A stretch of DNA of 64,000 bases from contig NZ_DATELG010000107.1 in NCBI RefSeq assembly GCF_035276905.1, forward strand, positions 290 through 64,289, in the 5' to 3' direction. The notes under the pieces were generated by a model. That model ran no database searches and was not told the origin of the DNA. It saw nothing but the letters and a program-made list of their open reading frames with translations. Within the stretch, counting starts at the first letter, position 1, and every line of letters begins with the position of its first letter. A program made the position numbers and the translations under genes. Shown here in pieces: positions 25,773 through 35,449 of this stretch. Source of the stretch: Phenylobacterium sp. GTDB lineage: Bacteria > Pseudomonadota > Alphaproteobacteria > Caulobacterales > Caulobacteraceae.

Positions 25773-28112
25773 ATGGCGCGGAGCATTTCGCGTAGTGCGT
25801 ATCGGGCGGTGCTCTTCGGCTGCAGCGCCCTGGCGGCGGCGGGCGCTGGGGCGGGGGCCTGGGCTCAGGCCGCGCCTGACCAGGGAAACACGCTTGGCGA
25901 AATCGTGGTCACCGCGCAGAAACGCGAGCAGAGCCTGCAAGACGTGCCGATCTCGGTCACGGCCGTAACCCAAGCGGCGCTGCAGGCGAACCGCATCACC
26001 AATGTCACCGACCTTGGCGCGGTGGCTCCCAACCTGTCCGTCCGCAGCGCCGCCGGCGGCTCCGGCATCCCGGTGTTCGCGATGCGCGGCGTGGTCAGCT
26101 TCGGCTCGGTGCCCGGTCAGGACAAGTCGATCTCGATGTACCTCGACGGGGTCTTCATCGGCAGTTCCTACGCCACGTCCTTTGAGCTTCCGGACCTGGA
26201 GCGGATCGAAGTCCTGCGGGGTCCGCAAGGCACGCTGTTCGGCCGCAATTCCACCGGCGGCGCGATCAGCATCATAACCCGCAATCCTAGCGGTCGGTTT
26301 GGCGTCCACCAGGCCGTGACGTATGGGAACTACAACGAGGTCAGGTCCGTCACGCGAGTCGAGCTACCGCAATGGGGGCCGCTCAGCGCCTCGGTCAGCT
26401 ATGTCCACGATCAGCGCGACGGCGACATCAAGAACCTGGGCGCAGGGCAGGTCTGGGACCGGAGCGGTCCGAGAACCTTGCAGGGGGTGCAGGTTTCGCC
26501 GAAGACGCTGGGCGCCAAGAACGCAGACACCTGGTTTGCGACGGTCCGCTTCAAGCCAAACGACAATTTCGAGACAGTCTACAAGTTCGACTACGCCGTA
26601 AACCACGGCACGCCTGAAGGCACCGGCGTGGTGGGCGTCTTCCCGGCGGGCGCCGGACGCAACGCCGCATTGCTGAACGCGCTTCTCGCCGGCAATCCGC
26701 CGCTCGTGTTCAGCGGCGCCGAGCGGCCGAAATACGTGAACAATTTCTGGACGTCGAACAACTACCAGCGGGTTTTCGGTCACAATATCACGACAAACAT
26801 CGCGATAAACGATCATATTTCCCTGAAGAATATCCTGGCTTATCGAAAATCGTTCAACTACTCGAACGACGATATCAGCGGCGCCGGAGGGCTTTTCGTG
26901 ACTCCACAGGTGGTCGCGAGGATGCCGCAGCTAGCCAGCGTACTGGGCGCGCCGTTTGTCATCTCCGGCTCTGAATCGCAGAGCACGGCCAAACAATGGA
27001 GCGACGAGGTCCAGCTGAACTACAATTCTCAGCCCCTGACGCTGACGGCGGGCGCGCTCTATTTTCACCTCGACACGGTGACCGGCACGCCGGACGGCCT
27101 GCTTGGCCCGTCGATCACCTTGACGCCCGTGCCGGGCGGACGAGTGCCCTTCGGCCCGCGCAATCTTAACTTCAACTACGCCAAGTCCGCGGCCGCCTAC
27201 GTTCAGGCCGAAGTCCATGTCACGCGAAAGCTGGACATCGTCGGCGGCTATCGCATCACCAAGGACGACAAGACCGGCACGAACTACGTCAACGGCGCCT
27301 TGTTCAACTTCACCTACTCCAAGACCAAGCCGTCCTACATGGCTGGCGTCAACTACAGGCCCGCCGAGGGTATCCTCGTCTACGGCAAGTACGCGAATGG
27401 TTTCGTCTCCGGCGGCGCCGTGGGGCCGATCGCCTTTGCGCCGGAGACGGTGCGGTCCTGGGAGGGAGGCGTAAAGAGCGATCTCCTCGACCGTCGGCTG
27501 CGGCTGAACCTCGCGGTGTTTGAAGCCAGTTACAAGCATATTCAAGCGGTCAGCGGCGGCGTCTTCATCAACCGACCGGAGCTCGGGACCCTGGTCATTG
27601 ACCAGGGCGGGATTAAGACCAAAGGCGTCGAGGGTGAATTCACCCTGTTGCCGATGCGGGGCCTGAGCTTCAACGGCGGCTTCGGCTACACCGATGTTCG
27701 CGCGACCAGCGTGAACCCAATTTTTGGCACGCTCGCCACCTACCATCCCACGCTGCGGCCGAGGTGGACCACCAACATAGCGGCGCAGTACGAAACCGAG
27801 CCGCTGTTCAGGGACGCGCGCCTAGTGCTCCGGGCCGATGCGAGCTGGCGGTCGACTATCCGCACATTTTCGCAGGATGTGATCCCGGCGCCGTTCCGCA
27901 TTCTGACCTATTCGCCGGCGTCCTGGATCGTGAACACCCGGGTCGCCTTCAAGGATATAGCGCTCGCGCGCGGTCATGTGGAGGTGGCGCTTTGGGCGAA
28001 GAACCTTAATGACAACGGAGCGCCAGTGTTCCCGATCAACTTCTTTTTCCTCGGGTCCACTACCTATCAGTCCGCGCGGACTTTCGGCATCGATGTGATC
28101 TACGACTATTAA
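25773..28112 (+). CDS. TonB-dependent outer-membrane receptor
   Basis: 779 aa from ATG 25773, preceded by GAAGGAA (ATG 25758 is an alternative). It has a signal peptide ending AWAQA, a plug-domain start GEIVVTAQKREQSLQDVPISVTAV, and a long beta-barrel with an aromatic C-terminus. Confidence 0.9.
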   Translation: MARSISRSAYRAVLFGCSALAAAGAGAGAWAQAAPDQGNTLGEIVVTAQKREQSLQDVPISVTAVTQAALQANRITNVTDLGAVAPNLSVRSAAGGSGIPVFAMRGVVSFGSVPGQDKSISMYLDGVFIGSSYATSFELPDLERIEVLRGPQGTLFGRNSTGGAISIITRNPSGRFGVHQAVTYGNYNEVRSVTRVELPQWGPLSASVSYVHDQRDGDIKNLGAGQVWDRSGPRTLQGVQVSPKTLGAKNADTWFATVRFKPNDNFETVYKFDYAVNHGTPEGTGVVGVFPAGAGRNAALLNALLAGNPPLVFSGAERPKYVNNFWTSNNYQRVFGHNITTNIAINDHISLKNILAYRKSFNYSNDDISGAGGLFVTPQVVARMPQLASVLGAPFVISGSESQSTAKQWSDEVQLNYNSQPLTLTAGALYFHLDTVTGTPDGLLGPSITLTPVPGGRVPFGPRNLNFNYAKSAAAYVQAEVHVTRKLDIVGGYRITKDDKTGTNYVNGALFNFTYSKTKPSYMAGVNYRPAEGILVYGKYANGFVSGGAVGPIAFAPETVRSWEGGVKSDLLDRRLRLNLAVFEASYKHIQAVSGGVFINRPELGTLVIDQGGIKTKGVEGEFTLLPMRGLSFNGGFGYTDVRATSVNPIFGTLATYHPTLRPRWTTNIAAQYETEPLFRDARLVLRADASWRSTIRTFSQDVIPAPFRILTYSPASWIVNTRVAFKDIALARGHVEVALWAKNLNDNGAPVFPINFFFLGSTTYQSARTFGIDVIYDY

Positions 28113-28137
28113 GGACTGGCACCGGAGATTATCGAAC

Positions 28138-29112
28138 ATGTCCTCCGCCACGACAGACATGCTGCGGCTTCCCGCTCGGGAAATCCCCATCCCGACGTCG
28201 ATCAGCCCCGCCGCCCAGGCATATCTGACGCCGCGGCCCGCCCCGCAGGTCGACTATCCGCCCGCTCACGACCACGCCGCCTGGCGAGCGCTGATCGCGG
28301 CCCGCGAACAGGACCTTCTGCCCCTTCTGCAGCGCATCAACCCAGGCGTTCCGGCGAAGGTCGAGACGCGCGAGATCGATCGCGCCCGCGTCTTCGACAT
28401 CACCCCGGCAGGGGCGCCGGCGGACAGCCGCGGGATCGTCCTGGACATGCATGGCGGCGGTCTTTTCCTGTGCGCCGGCGACCTGTGCCGCATGATGGGG
28501 GTTGGCCTTGCGACGCGGCTGCAGCGGCGTGTCTGGGCGGTGGACTACCGCATGCCGCCCGACCATCCCTATCCGGCGGGGCTGGACGACGCCGTCGCGG
28601 TCTACCGCGCGCTGCTGCGCGAACACTCGCCGCAAGAGATCATCGCCAGCGGCGGATCGGCGGGGGGCAATCTCGCGGCCGCGCTGGTCCTGCGCACCCG
28701 CGACGAAGGCCTCCCTCTGCCGGCAGGCCTGCTGCTGAACACGCCTGAAATCGACCTCACCGAGTCTGGCGACAGCTTCCATACCAACCTGGGGGTCGAT
28801 CCCGGCCTGCGCAGCCTCATGCCCGTCAATCTCCTCTATGCGAACGGCCATGATCTAAGTCACCCCTACCTGTCGCCACTATTCGGGGATTTCCGCAAAG
28901 GGTTCCCGCCGACCCTGCTCACGACGGGCACGCGCGACCTTTATCTGTCGAACACGGTTCGCATGCACCGCGCGCTGCGCGCGGCCGACATACCGGCCGA
29001 ACTACATGTCGTCGAAGCCGGCGGCCACGGCGGCTTCCCCGGCGCCCCTGAGGGCGAGGAGATCAATCGCGAGGTGCGCCGCTTCATTCAAGCGCTCTGG
29101 GCCGACCTTTGA
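28138..29112 (+). CDS. alpha/beta hydrolase (hormone-sensitive-lipase-type esterase)
   Basis: 324 aa with the oxyanion motif HGGG (LDMHGGGLF) and the nucleophile elbow GGSAGGN. Confidence 0.85.
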   Translation: MSSATTDMLRLPAREIPIPTSISPAAQAYLTPRPAPQVDYPPAHDHAAWRALIAAREQDLLPLLQRINPGVPAKVETREIDRARVFDITPAGAPADSRGIVLDMHGGGLFLCAGDLCRMMGVGLATRLQRRVWAVDYRMPPDHPYPAGLDDAVAVYRALLREHSPQEIIASGGSAGGNLAAALVLRTRDEGLPLPAGLLLNTPEIDLTESGDSFHTNLGVDPGLRSLMPVNLLYANGHDLSHPYLSPLFGDFRKGFPPTLLTTGTRDLYLSNTVRMHRALRAADIPAELHVVEAGGHGGFPGAPEGEEINREVRRFIQALWADL

Positions 29113-29195
29113 GCGTCGTGCGCCCGTCGTCGCCGAGACCTCGGCGCGCCTCAGCCGAAGCCGTCCTGACGGACCACAATCGTGAAGGGTTCAAG

Positions 29196-30437
29196 GTGCC
29201 GAGAATTTACTATGGATGGGCAGTCGTTACGGCGACCATCATCACCTACACCTTGATCATGGGTGCGACGTACAGCTCGTACGGATTATTTGTCCTGCCC
29301 ATATCGAAAGATCTCGGTTTGTCGCGGGCGAACGCCAACACCGGCATCATCATCATGAACCTTGGCATGATGATGCAGGCGCCGCTTCTAGGCATGCTTC
29401 TGGACCGCGTGCCCGCCAGGCGGATCATGATCCTCAGCAGCCTGCTGTTCATCGCCAGTTTCGCCGTGCTTGCACGCTCGCATTCATTCTGGGTCAACGG
29501 AGCGGTCCTGGCGCTGTCGCTGCCGTTCGCCTTCAAAGGCGCGGGCTCGCTGACGGCGCCGCTCCTGATCGTGCGCTGGTTCACCGTCCAGCGCGGCCGG
29601 GCGCTGGCCATCTCGCAGCTGGGGCTGTCGCTCGGAGGCTTGCTGCTGCCGCCTGTCGTTGCGGCGCTGATCGAGCACCAGGGCTGGCGGAACGCCTTGC
29701 TGGTCACGGGGGCGAGCTGCGGCGCGCTGCTCCTGGCCATAAGCCTGGTCCTCCGCGAGCGGCCGGGACCGAACGATCGCGAACCCGGGGCCGTGCTGCC
29801 AGCGGCTGCTTCCGAGCGGCCGGTCGCACGGGGCCCGGGCCCGGTGAAAATTGGCGCGATCCTGAGGACGTCGCAATTCTGGACCATCAACTTGAGCTGC
29901 GGGCTTGTGGCGGCGATGTCGTCGGCCCTGCTGATCACCCTGGCGCCGCTGGCGCGGGAGGAAGGCTTGTCCATGATGCAGGCGGCAAGTCTGGTCTCGG
30001 TCATGTCCGGGTTCAGCATCGCATCGATGCTGCTGCTCGCCCTTGTCGCCGACCGCATAGACCGCATCGTCCTGCTGACCATCTTGTTCGTCGTGGGCTC
30101 GGCGTTCAGTCTCACCCTGACGGTCAGTCACACCTATGCGCTGCTCGTCTCCGCCGCCGCGGCGATGGGCTTGATCCAAGGCGCCACGGTGCCCACGCAG
30201 TACGCGCTCCTCGCCGACCGCTTCGGCGCGGCTTCATACGGCGTTGTGACTGGCCTCACAGTTCCGCTGGTCGCCGGCTTGGGCATGATCACGATCCGCT
30301 ACGGCGGCGAGGTGTTCGACCGCACAGGCGACTACGGGGCCTTGTTCATGACATTCGCCGTGCTGCAGCTGGTCGCCGCCGGCACCATCTTTGTGACCCG
30401 CTTCACGCGGGCCCGTGCGGCGTTGGCGACGCCCTGA
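29196..30437 (+). CDS. MFS transporter
   Basis: About 413 aa of hydrophobic multi-span sequence. I chose the GTG start at 29196, preceded by GAAGGG. TTG 29109, overlapping the upstream stop, is an alternative. Confidence 0.8.
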   Translation: MPRIYYGWAVVTATIITYTLIMGATYSSYGLFVLPISKDLGLSRANANTGIIIMNLGMMMQAPLLGMLLDRVPARRIMILSSLLFIASFAVLARSHSFWVNGAVLALSLPFAFKGAGSLTAPLLIVRWFTVQRGRALAISQLGLSLGGLLLPPVVAALIEHQGWRNALLVTGASCGALLLAISLVLRERPGPNDREPGAVLPAAASERPVARGPGPVKIGAILRTSQFWTINLSCGLVAAMSSALLITLAPLAREEGLSMMQAASLVSVMSGFSIASMLLLALVADRIDRIVLLTILFVVGSAFSLTLTVSHTYALLVSAAAAMGLIQGATVPTQYALLADRFGAASYGVVTGLTVPLVAGLGMITIRYGGEVFDRTGDYGALFMTFAVLQLVAAGTIFVTRFTRARAALATP

Positions 30438-30621
30438 ATCTGGCAGGTCAAGGCGCCGCCGCCGCCATGGCGGCGTGACGCTCGGATCGGCGTTCGCCTG
30501 AAACCTGCGTAGGACGCGACCAAGGCGCTCGATCAACGCCGCCGGCCGCGGGCGATCTCACCCTGGTCGGCGCGTTCGCCACCCTCGCCGGCGCCGCTGG
30601 CGCGCGTAGGGTTTTGAAGCA

Positions 30622-30802
30622 AGAGCACGCTTCAACGATCAGGCGATTCCGTCCGACCGTTGAGGCGTGCTCTTCTGTGCTGGGATCTGAAGTTCGCTTG
30701 ATTTCGGGTCGTGCGCCGGAGCGAACTTCAGACCCGGAACGCTGGAAAACGATTCCGAAGTTCGTCGGCGGCCGTCATAGGCACGTGCGAACTCCGGAAT
30801 CG
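30622..30802. repeat. array of three long imperfect hairpins (stems 16, 12 and 15 bp; loops 20-23 nt)
   Basis: Arm pairs are 30622-30637/30658-30673, 30686-30697/30721-30732 and 30750-30764/30788-30802. The array sits between the convergent MFS and LLM genes. Stems 2 and 3 share GAAGTTCG. It is preceded by TTTTGAAG, as is hairpin 2 of the 103-bp repeat. Confidence 0.75.
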
Positions 30803-30818
30803 CGAGACCGGCAGCGGC

Positions 30819-32015
30819 TCAGTCCGGGACGAGCGGCGAGGCAGCCAGAGGGCTTGCGTGCTTTGCCGCGGCCAACCCCTGCTCCAAGGCCTGCGCCGTA
30901 CGGGTGGCGCGCGCCTTCTTCAGCTCCGGAAGCACCTTCGTTCCGAGCAGCTCGATCGAGCGCAACACCGCCGAATTCGGCAGGAAGCCGAAGTTCATGT
31001 AGCAGAGCAGCTGATCGACGCCGGCTTCCTCGTACCGGAGCAATTTCTGCACGCATTCCTCCGGCGTGCCGACGATCACCATGTCTTCCTTGTCGAACTC
31101 GGTGATGTCGAAGTCGCCCCTGGCCTGCCTTTGAAGCAGCGGAAAGGCCTTTTCCTGCTGCTCGGCTGAAAGATGAGCGAACTCCCACTTCAGATGAAAT
31201 TCGGCGAGGCCCTTGTACCACCACCACATCGAGTCCCAGAGACGGTTTTCCTCGAAGGTGTCCCGGGAATCGGTGCAATGCACCAAGGTATAGATGCCCA
31301 CCTTGTTGGTGTGCACGCTGGTCAGCGGCTTGGCCCGCTGCTGCGCCTGGCGGTAGTGGTCGATCAGCGTCTTGAGCTTGTCGAGCGGCTGCATGATGCT
31401 GAAGCAGAGCAGGCCGCAGCCGTTCTCCCCGGCCATCACCGCGCTGGACTCCGTGGACGCCGCCATCCAGGCGGGCGGATGCGGATCTTGCCACGGCTTC
31501 GGCGTCACCATCCGCTTCGGGAACTCGAGGAACTCGGAATGCTCCTCATAATACTGCTCCGCCCACATGCCGACGACAGTGCGCGCCGCGGCGCACATCT
31601 TGTCCTTGCTTCGGGCGATGTCGACGCCGAAGGCGGTCTGCTCCATCGGCGTCGAGCGACCCATGCCCCACACCGCGCGCCCGCCTGAGAGCACGTCGAC
31701 GGTGGCGACCTTCTCGGCGACTCGAGCCGGGTGGATGAATTCGTGGGGCATCAGCGTCACGCCGAAGCCCAGCTTGATCCTCTTGGTGATCTGGGAGAGC
31801 GCGCCCAGCACCACCTCGTTGCACGGCATATGCGACCTGTTTTCGCGGAAATGGTGCTCGACGCACCAGACGGTGTCGAATCCCACCGCGTCAGCGAGGA
31901 CGATTTGCTCGATGGATTCTTGGTAGGCCTTCCGCTCAGCCAGCCGCTGGCCCCAGGGGTGTTCGCCCTCCCAGGGCTGCGGCACATCGAATTCATAGAG
32001 TAAGCTAAGATCCAT
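30819..32015 (-). CDS. LLM-class (luciferase-like) flavin-dependent oxidoreductase
   Basis: 398 aa from ATG 32015, with pattern ...GFDTVWCVEHHFRENRSHMP...IKLGFGVTLMPHEFIHPARVAEKVATVDVLSGGRAVWGMGRS.... Confidence 0.85.
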   Translation of the reverse strand: MDLSLLYEFDVPQPWEGEHPWGQRLAERKAYQESIEQIVLADAVGFDTVWCVEHHFRENRSHMPCNEVVLGALSQITKRIKLGFGVTLMPHEFIHPARVAEKVATVDVLSGGRAVWGMGRSTPMEQTAFGVDIARSKDKMCAAARTVVGMWAEQYYEEHSEFLEFPKRMVTPKPWQDPHPPAWMAASTESSAVMAGENGCGLLCFSIMQPLDKLKTLIDHYRQAQQRAKPLTSVHTNKVGIYTLVHCTDSRDTFEENRLWDSMWWWYKGLAEFHLKWEFAHLSAEQQEKAFPLLQRQARGDFDITEFDKEDMVIVGTPEECVQKLLRYEEAGVDQLLCYMNFGFLPNSAVLRSIELLGTKVLPELKKARATRTAQALEQGLAAAKHASPLAASPLVPD

Positions 32016-32136
32016 GGCGCAGCCTTCTTTCAAGAGTGTCAGTTGCTCAATGGTAGAATTCAGCATTGCCTTTGAGCAAATTCGAATTGATATCTGGCGC
32101 GAAAAACTTATATACGGAGAGCAATACGCAATCGGC

Positions 32137-32185
32137 ATAGGCTGACAGCTGCGCCTGTCAGCGACGATTTCCTTGTATACGTATA
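32137..32185. promoter_or_regulatory. ATAGGCTGACA box + palindrome GCTGACAG-N6-CTGTCAGC + 10-bp palindrome TATACGTATA
   Basis: Read directly: 11-mer at 32137-32147 (an exact second copy is at 61449-61459), inverted repeat at 32141-32162, and TATACGTATA at 32176-32185. These lie 120-170 bp upstream of the LLM start. Confidence 0.45.
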
Positions 32186-32298
32186 GGCGGAGCCCGCGAC
32201 CGAAGCTGCGCACCCGGACTGGGTGCAGACCGCCCGTGCGCGAGCGACGGCTGCTTGCCGAACTTTCGGCGGCCGCGCTCGCGCTTCTGTGGCGGACG

Positions 32299-33144
32299 CT
32301 AAACGCGGAACGCGCGTTTAGTATTGTCCGAAAGGATCAATTGCTTCTCGGTAGTGGAAAGGTGGTCGGTCGAGATGATCTCATCGAGCACGAGCGTGCC
32401 ACGTGACGGACGCCACCTGTCCCGGCGGATCTGCGAGTAATACTGGCTTCCATAGACGACCCGCTCAGCGCCGAATTGCCGGGCGAACTCGATCACCAGG
32501 TCGACCAGGCTGCAGGAGGCGGTGTCAAAGATGATGTTCGGCGCGACGTCGGCGATGAAGAAACACTCCTGCAGCCCGTCGAAAGTGTAGAACGGCTCCA
32601 GGGCGACGAGCTGCAGGTCGGGCAGCGCCCGCGCCACCTTGCCGAGGCGCCAAAGCGCCTCATGCAGAACGACGTTGGAGGCGTGGATCAGCGGAACCAG
32701 GTTGAGCTCGCCCATCCGCTCGAGGATCTTCATCATCCACGGGCTGTCGATCGTCACCCCGCCGAATTCCGTGTGGAAGCTCACGCCCTTGAGCCCCAGC
32801 TCGACGATCCGGTCGAGCTCGTCCACCGCCGCCTGCTGATCGAGCGGCTCGACGATGCCGACGGCGACGGGAAACCGGTCGGGCATGGCGTCGCGATAGC
32901 GGGCGATGGCCTCGTTCTCGGCGTGCGTCGCCTGGGCGCCCGCGGCGCGGTTGTAGTTGTGCCCGGGGATGGCCACGGCACGGCCGATCCGCATGCGATC
33001 CATGAACTCAAGCCGACAGGCGACCTCCGCCGGGTCTATGCGAGCGCCGCTGACTTGGGTGTCGGTGACGAAGCCATGGGCGTCGCCGGTCGAGCCCATG
33101 TGCTGGTGGATATCGAAGATCTCGAAATCATGCGCCTCGGTCAT
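32299..33144 (-). CDS. amidohydrolase-2 family protein
   Basis: 281 aa from ATG 33144, preceded by GGAGGA. The N-terminal FDIHQHMGS supplies the metal-ligand HxH. Confidence 0.8.
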   Translation of the reverse strand: MTEAHDFEIFDIHQHMGSTGDAHGFVTDTQVSGARIDPAEVACRLEFMDRMRIGRAVAIPGHNYNRAAGAQATHAENEAIARYRDAMPDRFPVAVGIVEPLDQQAAVDELDRIVELGLKGVSFHTEFGGVTIDSPWMMKILERMGELNLVPLIHASNVVLHEALWRLGKVARALPDLQLVALEPFYTFDGLQECFFIADVAPNIIFDTASCSLVDLVIEFARQFGAERVVYGSQYYSQIRRDRWRPSRGTLVLDEIISTDHLSTTEKQLILSDNTKRAFRV

Positions 33145-33255
33145 GGTGCTCCTCCGAATGACGGCCGCCACAGAGCGGGCGGCCAGACCGTCTCGCGTCG
33201 TGGCGGCGACATGGAATGCCGATCACCTGAGGGCCGCGCCGGCGCGGCCGCAGCG

Positions 33256-34194
33256 CTAGGGCCACCCGGCGCCCGGGACGTCGACCTCCATCATATAGAG
33301 GCCGGACGTGTCGACCTCGGCGGGATCGTCGGGCGAACGCTTGAGTCCGGTGTCGTGCCCAGGTCCCATGTAAAGGCTGCCGTGCGGCTTCGACGGATCG
33401 CTGCTGGGAAGCCGGCGGACGTCGGTGGCGACGATGAACAGCGTGCGCCGCCCCTCCCCGCCCAGCATGCAGGCGACCGCGCCGGGGATCGAGTACCTTT
33501 GCGCCACTTCGCCGCTGGACAGAACGCCGACGACCTCGCCCGAGTATGGCGAGCAGGCCCAAACGGCGCCTTCCGCGTCGAGGCAGATTCCATCCGGCCA
33601 GGTATGCTCGAACTCGACAAGCACGCGCTTGCCGCTGAGGCGGCCTTGCGGATCGCGGTCAAAGCGGACAATGCGCCTGGCGTAGATCTCGGCCATGATG
33701 AAGCTGCGCCCGTCGGGCGTGATCACCGCCCCGTTCGGCGAGCAGATTTGCTCCACGGGCGCCGCCGACTCGCCGTCCGGCTCGACGACGATCAGGGAAT
33801 CCGGCCCGCCGGGTTCGCGATAATGAACCGCCGGAGAGACCTTGGTGCTGCGCGTCCCGACATAGGCCCGCCCGTCTCCGTCCACGACCATGTCGTTCAG
33901 CCACTCGCCAGGCAGCCCCCGAAGGTCCGCGTGGAGCGAAAGCCGGCCGTCGCGCCACCGTAGCAGTTGGCGTTTGCGCATCGAGGCGATCAGGAGCCCG
34001 CCGTCAGGCATGAAGCCGAGTGCGGCCGGGGCGTCGTCGAGTTGCAGCACCACCTCGGACGGCTGGCCCAGCACCATCCGGTTCACCGTCTTCCTATAGT
34101 AGTCGGAAAACCAGAACGCGCCGCCATGCCATCGCGGACTTTCCGGACTGTTGAGGTCGAGGTGCGTTCTCGTCGGACCATCAGCTCTCGACAC
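33256..34194 (-). CDS. SMP-30/gluconolactonase/LRE family protein
   Basis: 312 aa with a GTG start. Patterns: PESPRWHGGAFWFSDY, WLNDMVVDGDGRAYVG and PDGICLDAEGAVW. Confidence 0.8.
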   Translation of the reverse strand: MSRADGPTRTHLDLNSPESPRWHGGAFWFSDYYRKTVNRMVLGQPSEVVLQLDDAPAALGFMPDGGLLIASMRKRQLLRWRDGRLSLHADLRGLPGEWLNDMVVDGDGRAYVGTRSTKVSPAVHYREPGGPDSLIVVEPDGESAAPVEQICSPNGAVITPDGRSFIMAEIYARRIVRFDRDPQGRLSGKRVLVEFEHTWPDGICLDAEGAVWACSPYSGEVVGVLSSGEVAQRYSIPGAVACMLGGEGRRTLFIVATDVRRLPSSDPSKPHGSLYMGPGHDTGLKRSPDDPAEVDTSGLYMMEVDVPGAGWP

Positions 34195-34380
34195 GGCGGT
34201 TCACTCCCACACTTCATTCATTTGCGACACCTATAGGCGCCGGCTGACAAGGCTCGCAAACTATAAGGCCTGCTACGAAAAGACATTCGTATGGACGCAA
34301 CTCGATGCGTAACTATGGATGTTCGGTCGAGGCGCCGCGGCGAGCTTGTTCAGTACCGCCCTCCCCGGCCCGGCGAGCGG

Positions 34381-35325
34381 TCAACTCCCCGGGATCGGCG
34401 TGGCGAGAGGCTGGCCGGCGTAGAACCGGTTGAGATTATCCAACACCATCGCGCCGATATTTTCCCAGGAACCGCGGCCAATCCCGCCGATGTGAGGACT
34501 GAGCAGGGAGTTGGGAACATCGGCCCAGCGGGTGTCCCTCACCGGCTCCTGGCCATAGACGTCGGTGGCGGCTCCGCCGATGGCGCCGGTCCGCAACGCC
34601 GCGATGAGCGCCTCCTCATCCACGGCCGAGCCACGCGAAACGTTGACCAGAAGTCCCTCCGGACCGAGCGCCTCGAGCACCCGCATATCGACGAGACCGC
34701 GGTTGGATTCGTCCGCCCGATGGGCCAGAAACAGGACGTCGCTCTCCTGCGCCAGCTCGAGCACGCTTGCGACCCACGGGTATTTTACGTCCGGCTTGGG
34801 GCGGGGTCCGAACCAGCGCACCTGACAGCCGAACGCCGTCAGCCGCCGCGCCAGCAGCTTGCCGATCGCACCCATTCCGACAATCCCGACCCGAAGGTTA
34901 CGGATCGAGGGCATGCTCATGATGCTTCCGGGGTCCAGCCACAGACCAGCGCGGACGCGACGATCACCGTCCGCGACCCGCCGGACCAGGCCGAGGAACA
35001 GCGCCATCGCGTGATCCGCCACATCCTCCGCATTTGCGCCCGGCGCGTGGGTGACCGCAATCCCCCGGGCCAGCAGCCGGTCGGTTTGCAGCCCCTCGTA
35101 GCCGGCGCCCATGACCGCGACCAGCCCCAGGTTGGGAAGCGTCTCGATGAGTTCGGGCAACGGCCGGCCGCCAGAGGTTACAATCGCGCGAACATCCGGA
35201 TATTCACGGACGATCTTCTCGAGTGTCTCGGGGGTCCAATCTACCAGATGGTACTTATCGATGTATTTCTTGATAAAGCCCAAGGCCCTATCGATAAGTA
35301 CATAGGGTGAGGATGGATCGGTCAT
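34381..35325 (-). CDS. D-isomer-specific 2-hydroxyacid dehydrogenase
   Basis: 314 aa with a GGGAGG RBS. NAD motif: VGIVGMGAIGKLLARRL. Catalytic region: LLVNVSRGSAVDEEALI...GAATDVY...LSPHIGG. Confidence 0.9.
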   Translation of the reverse strand: MTDPSSPYVLIDRALGFIKKYIDKYHLVDWTPETLEKIVREYPDVRAIVTSGGRPLPELIETLPNLGLVAVMGAGYEGLQTDRLLARGIAVTHAPGANAEDVADHAMALFLGLVRRVADGDRRVRAGLWLDPGSIMSMPSIRNLRVGIVGMGAIGKLLARRLTAFGCQVRWFGPRPKPDVKYPWVASVLELAQESDVLFLAHRADESNRGLVDMRVLEALGPEGLLVNVSRGSAVDEEALIAALRTGAIGGAATDVYGQEPVRDTRWADVPNSLLSPHIGGIGRGSWENIGAMVLDNLNRFYAGQPLATPIPGS

Positions 35326-35449
35326 CGTTTATACCTCCCGGGGCGCCTGACGCGGCGCGCTTATTGAGCATCGGCGATCATCTGCGCCCCACGCAGAAGC
35401 CCGGCGATGTCCGCAGCGAACCGACACGACGCGCCGCGCGTCGTCGCGG

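Noticed and set aside
30622-30802. Possible CRISPR array
   Set aside because: The repeated units are self-complementary hairpins that differ from one another. They are not identical direct repeats separated by unique spacers, and there are no cas genes in the window.
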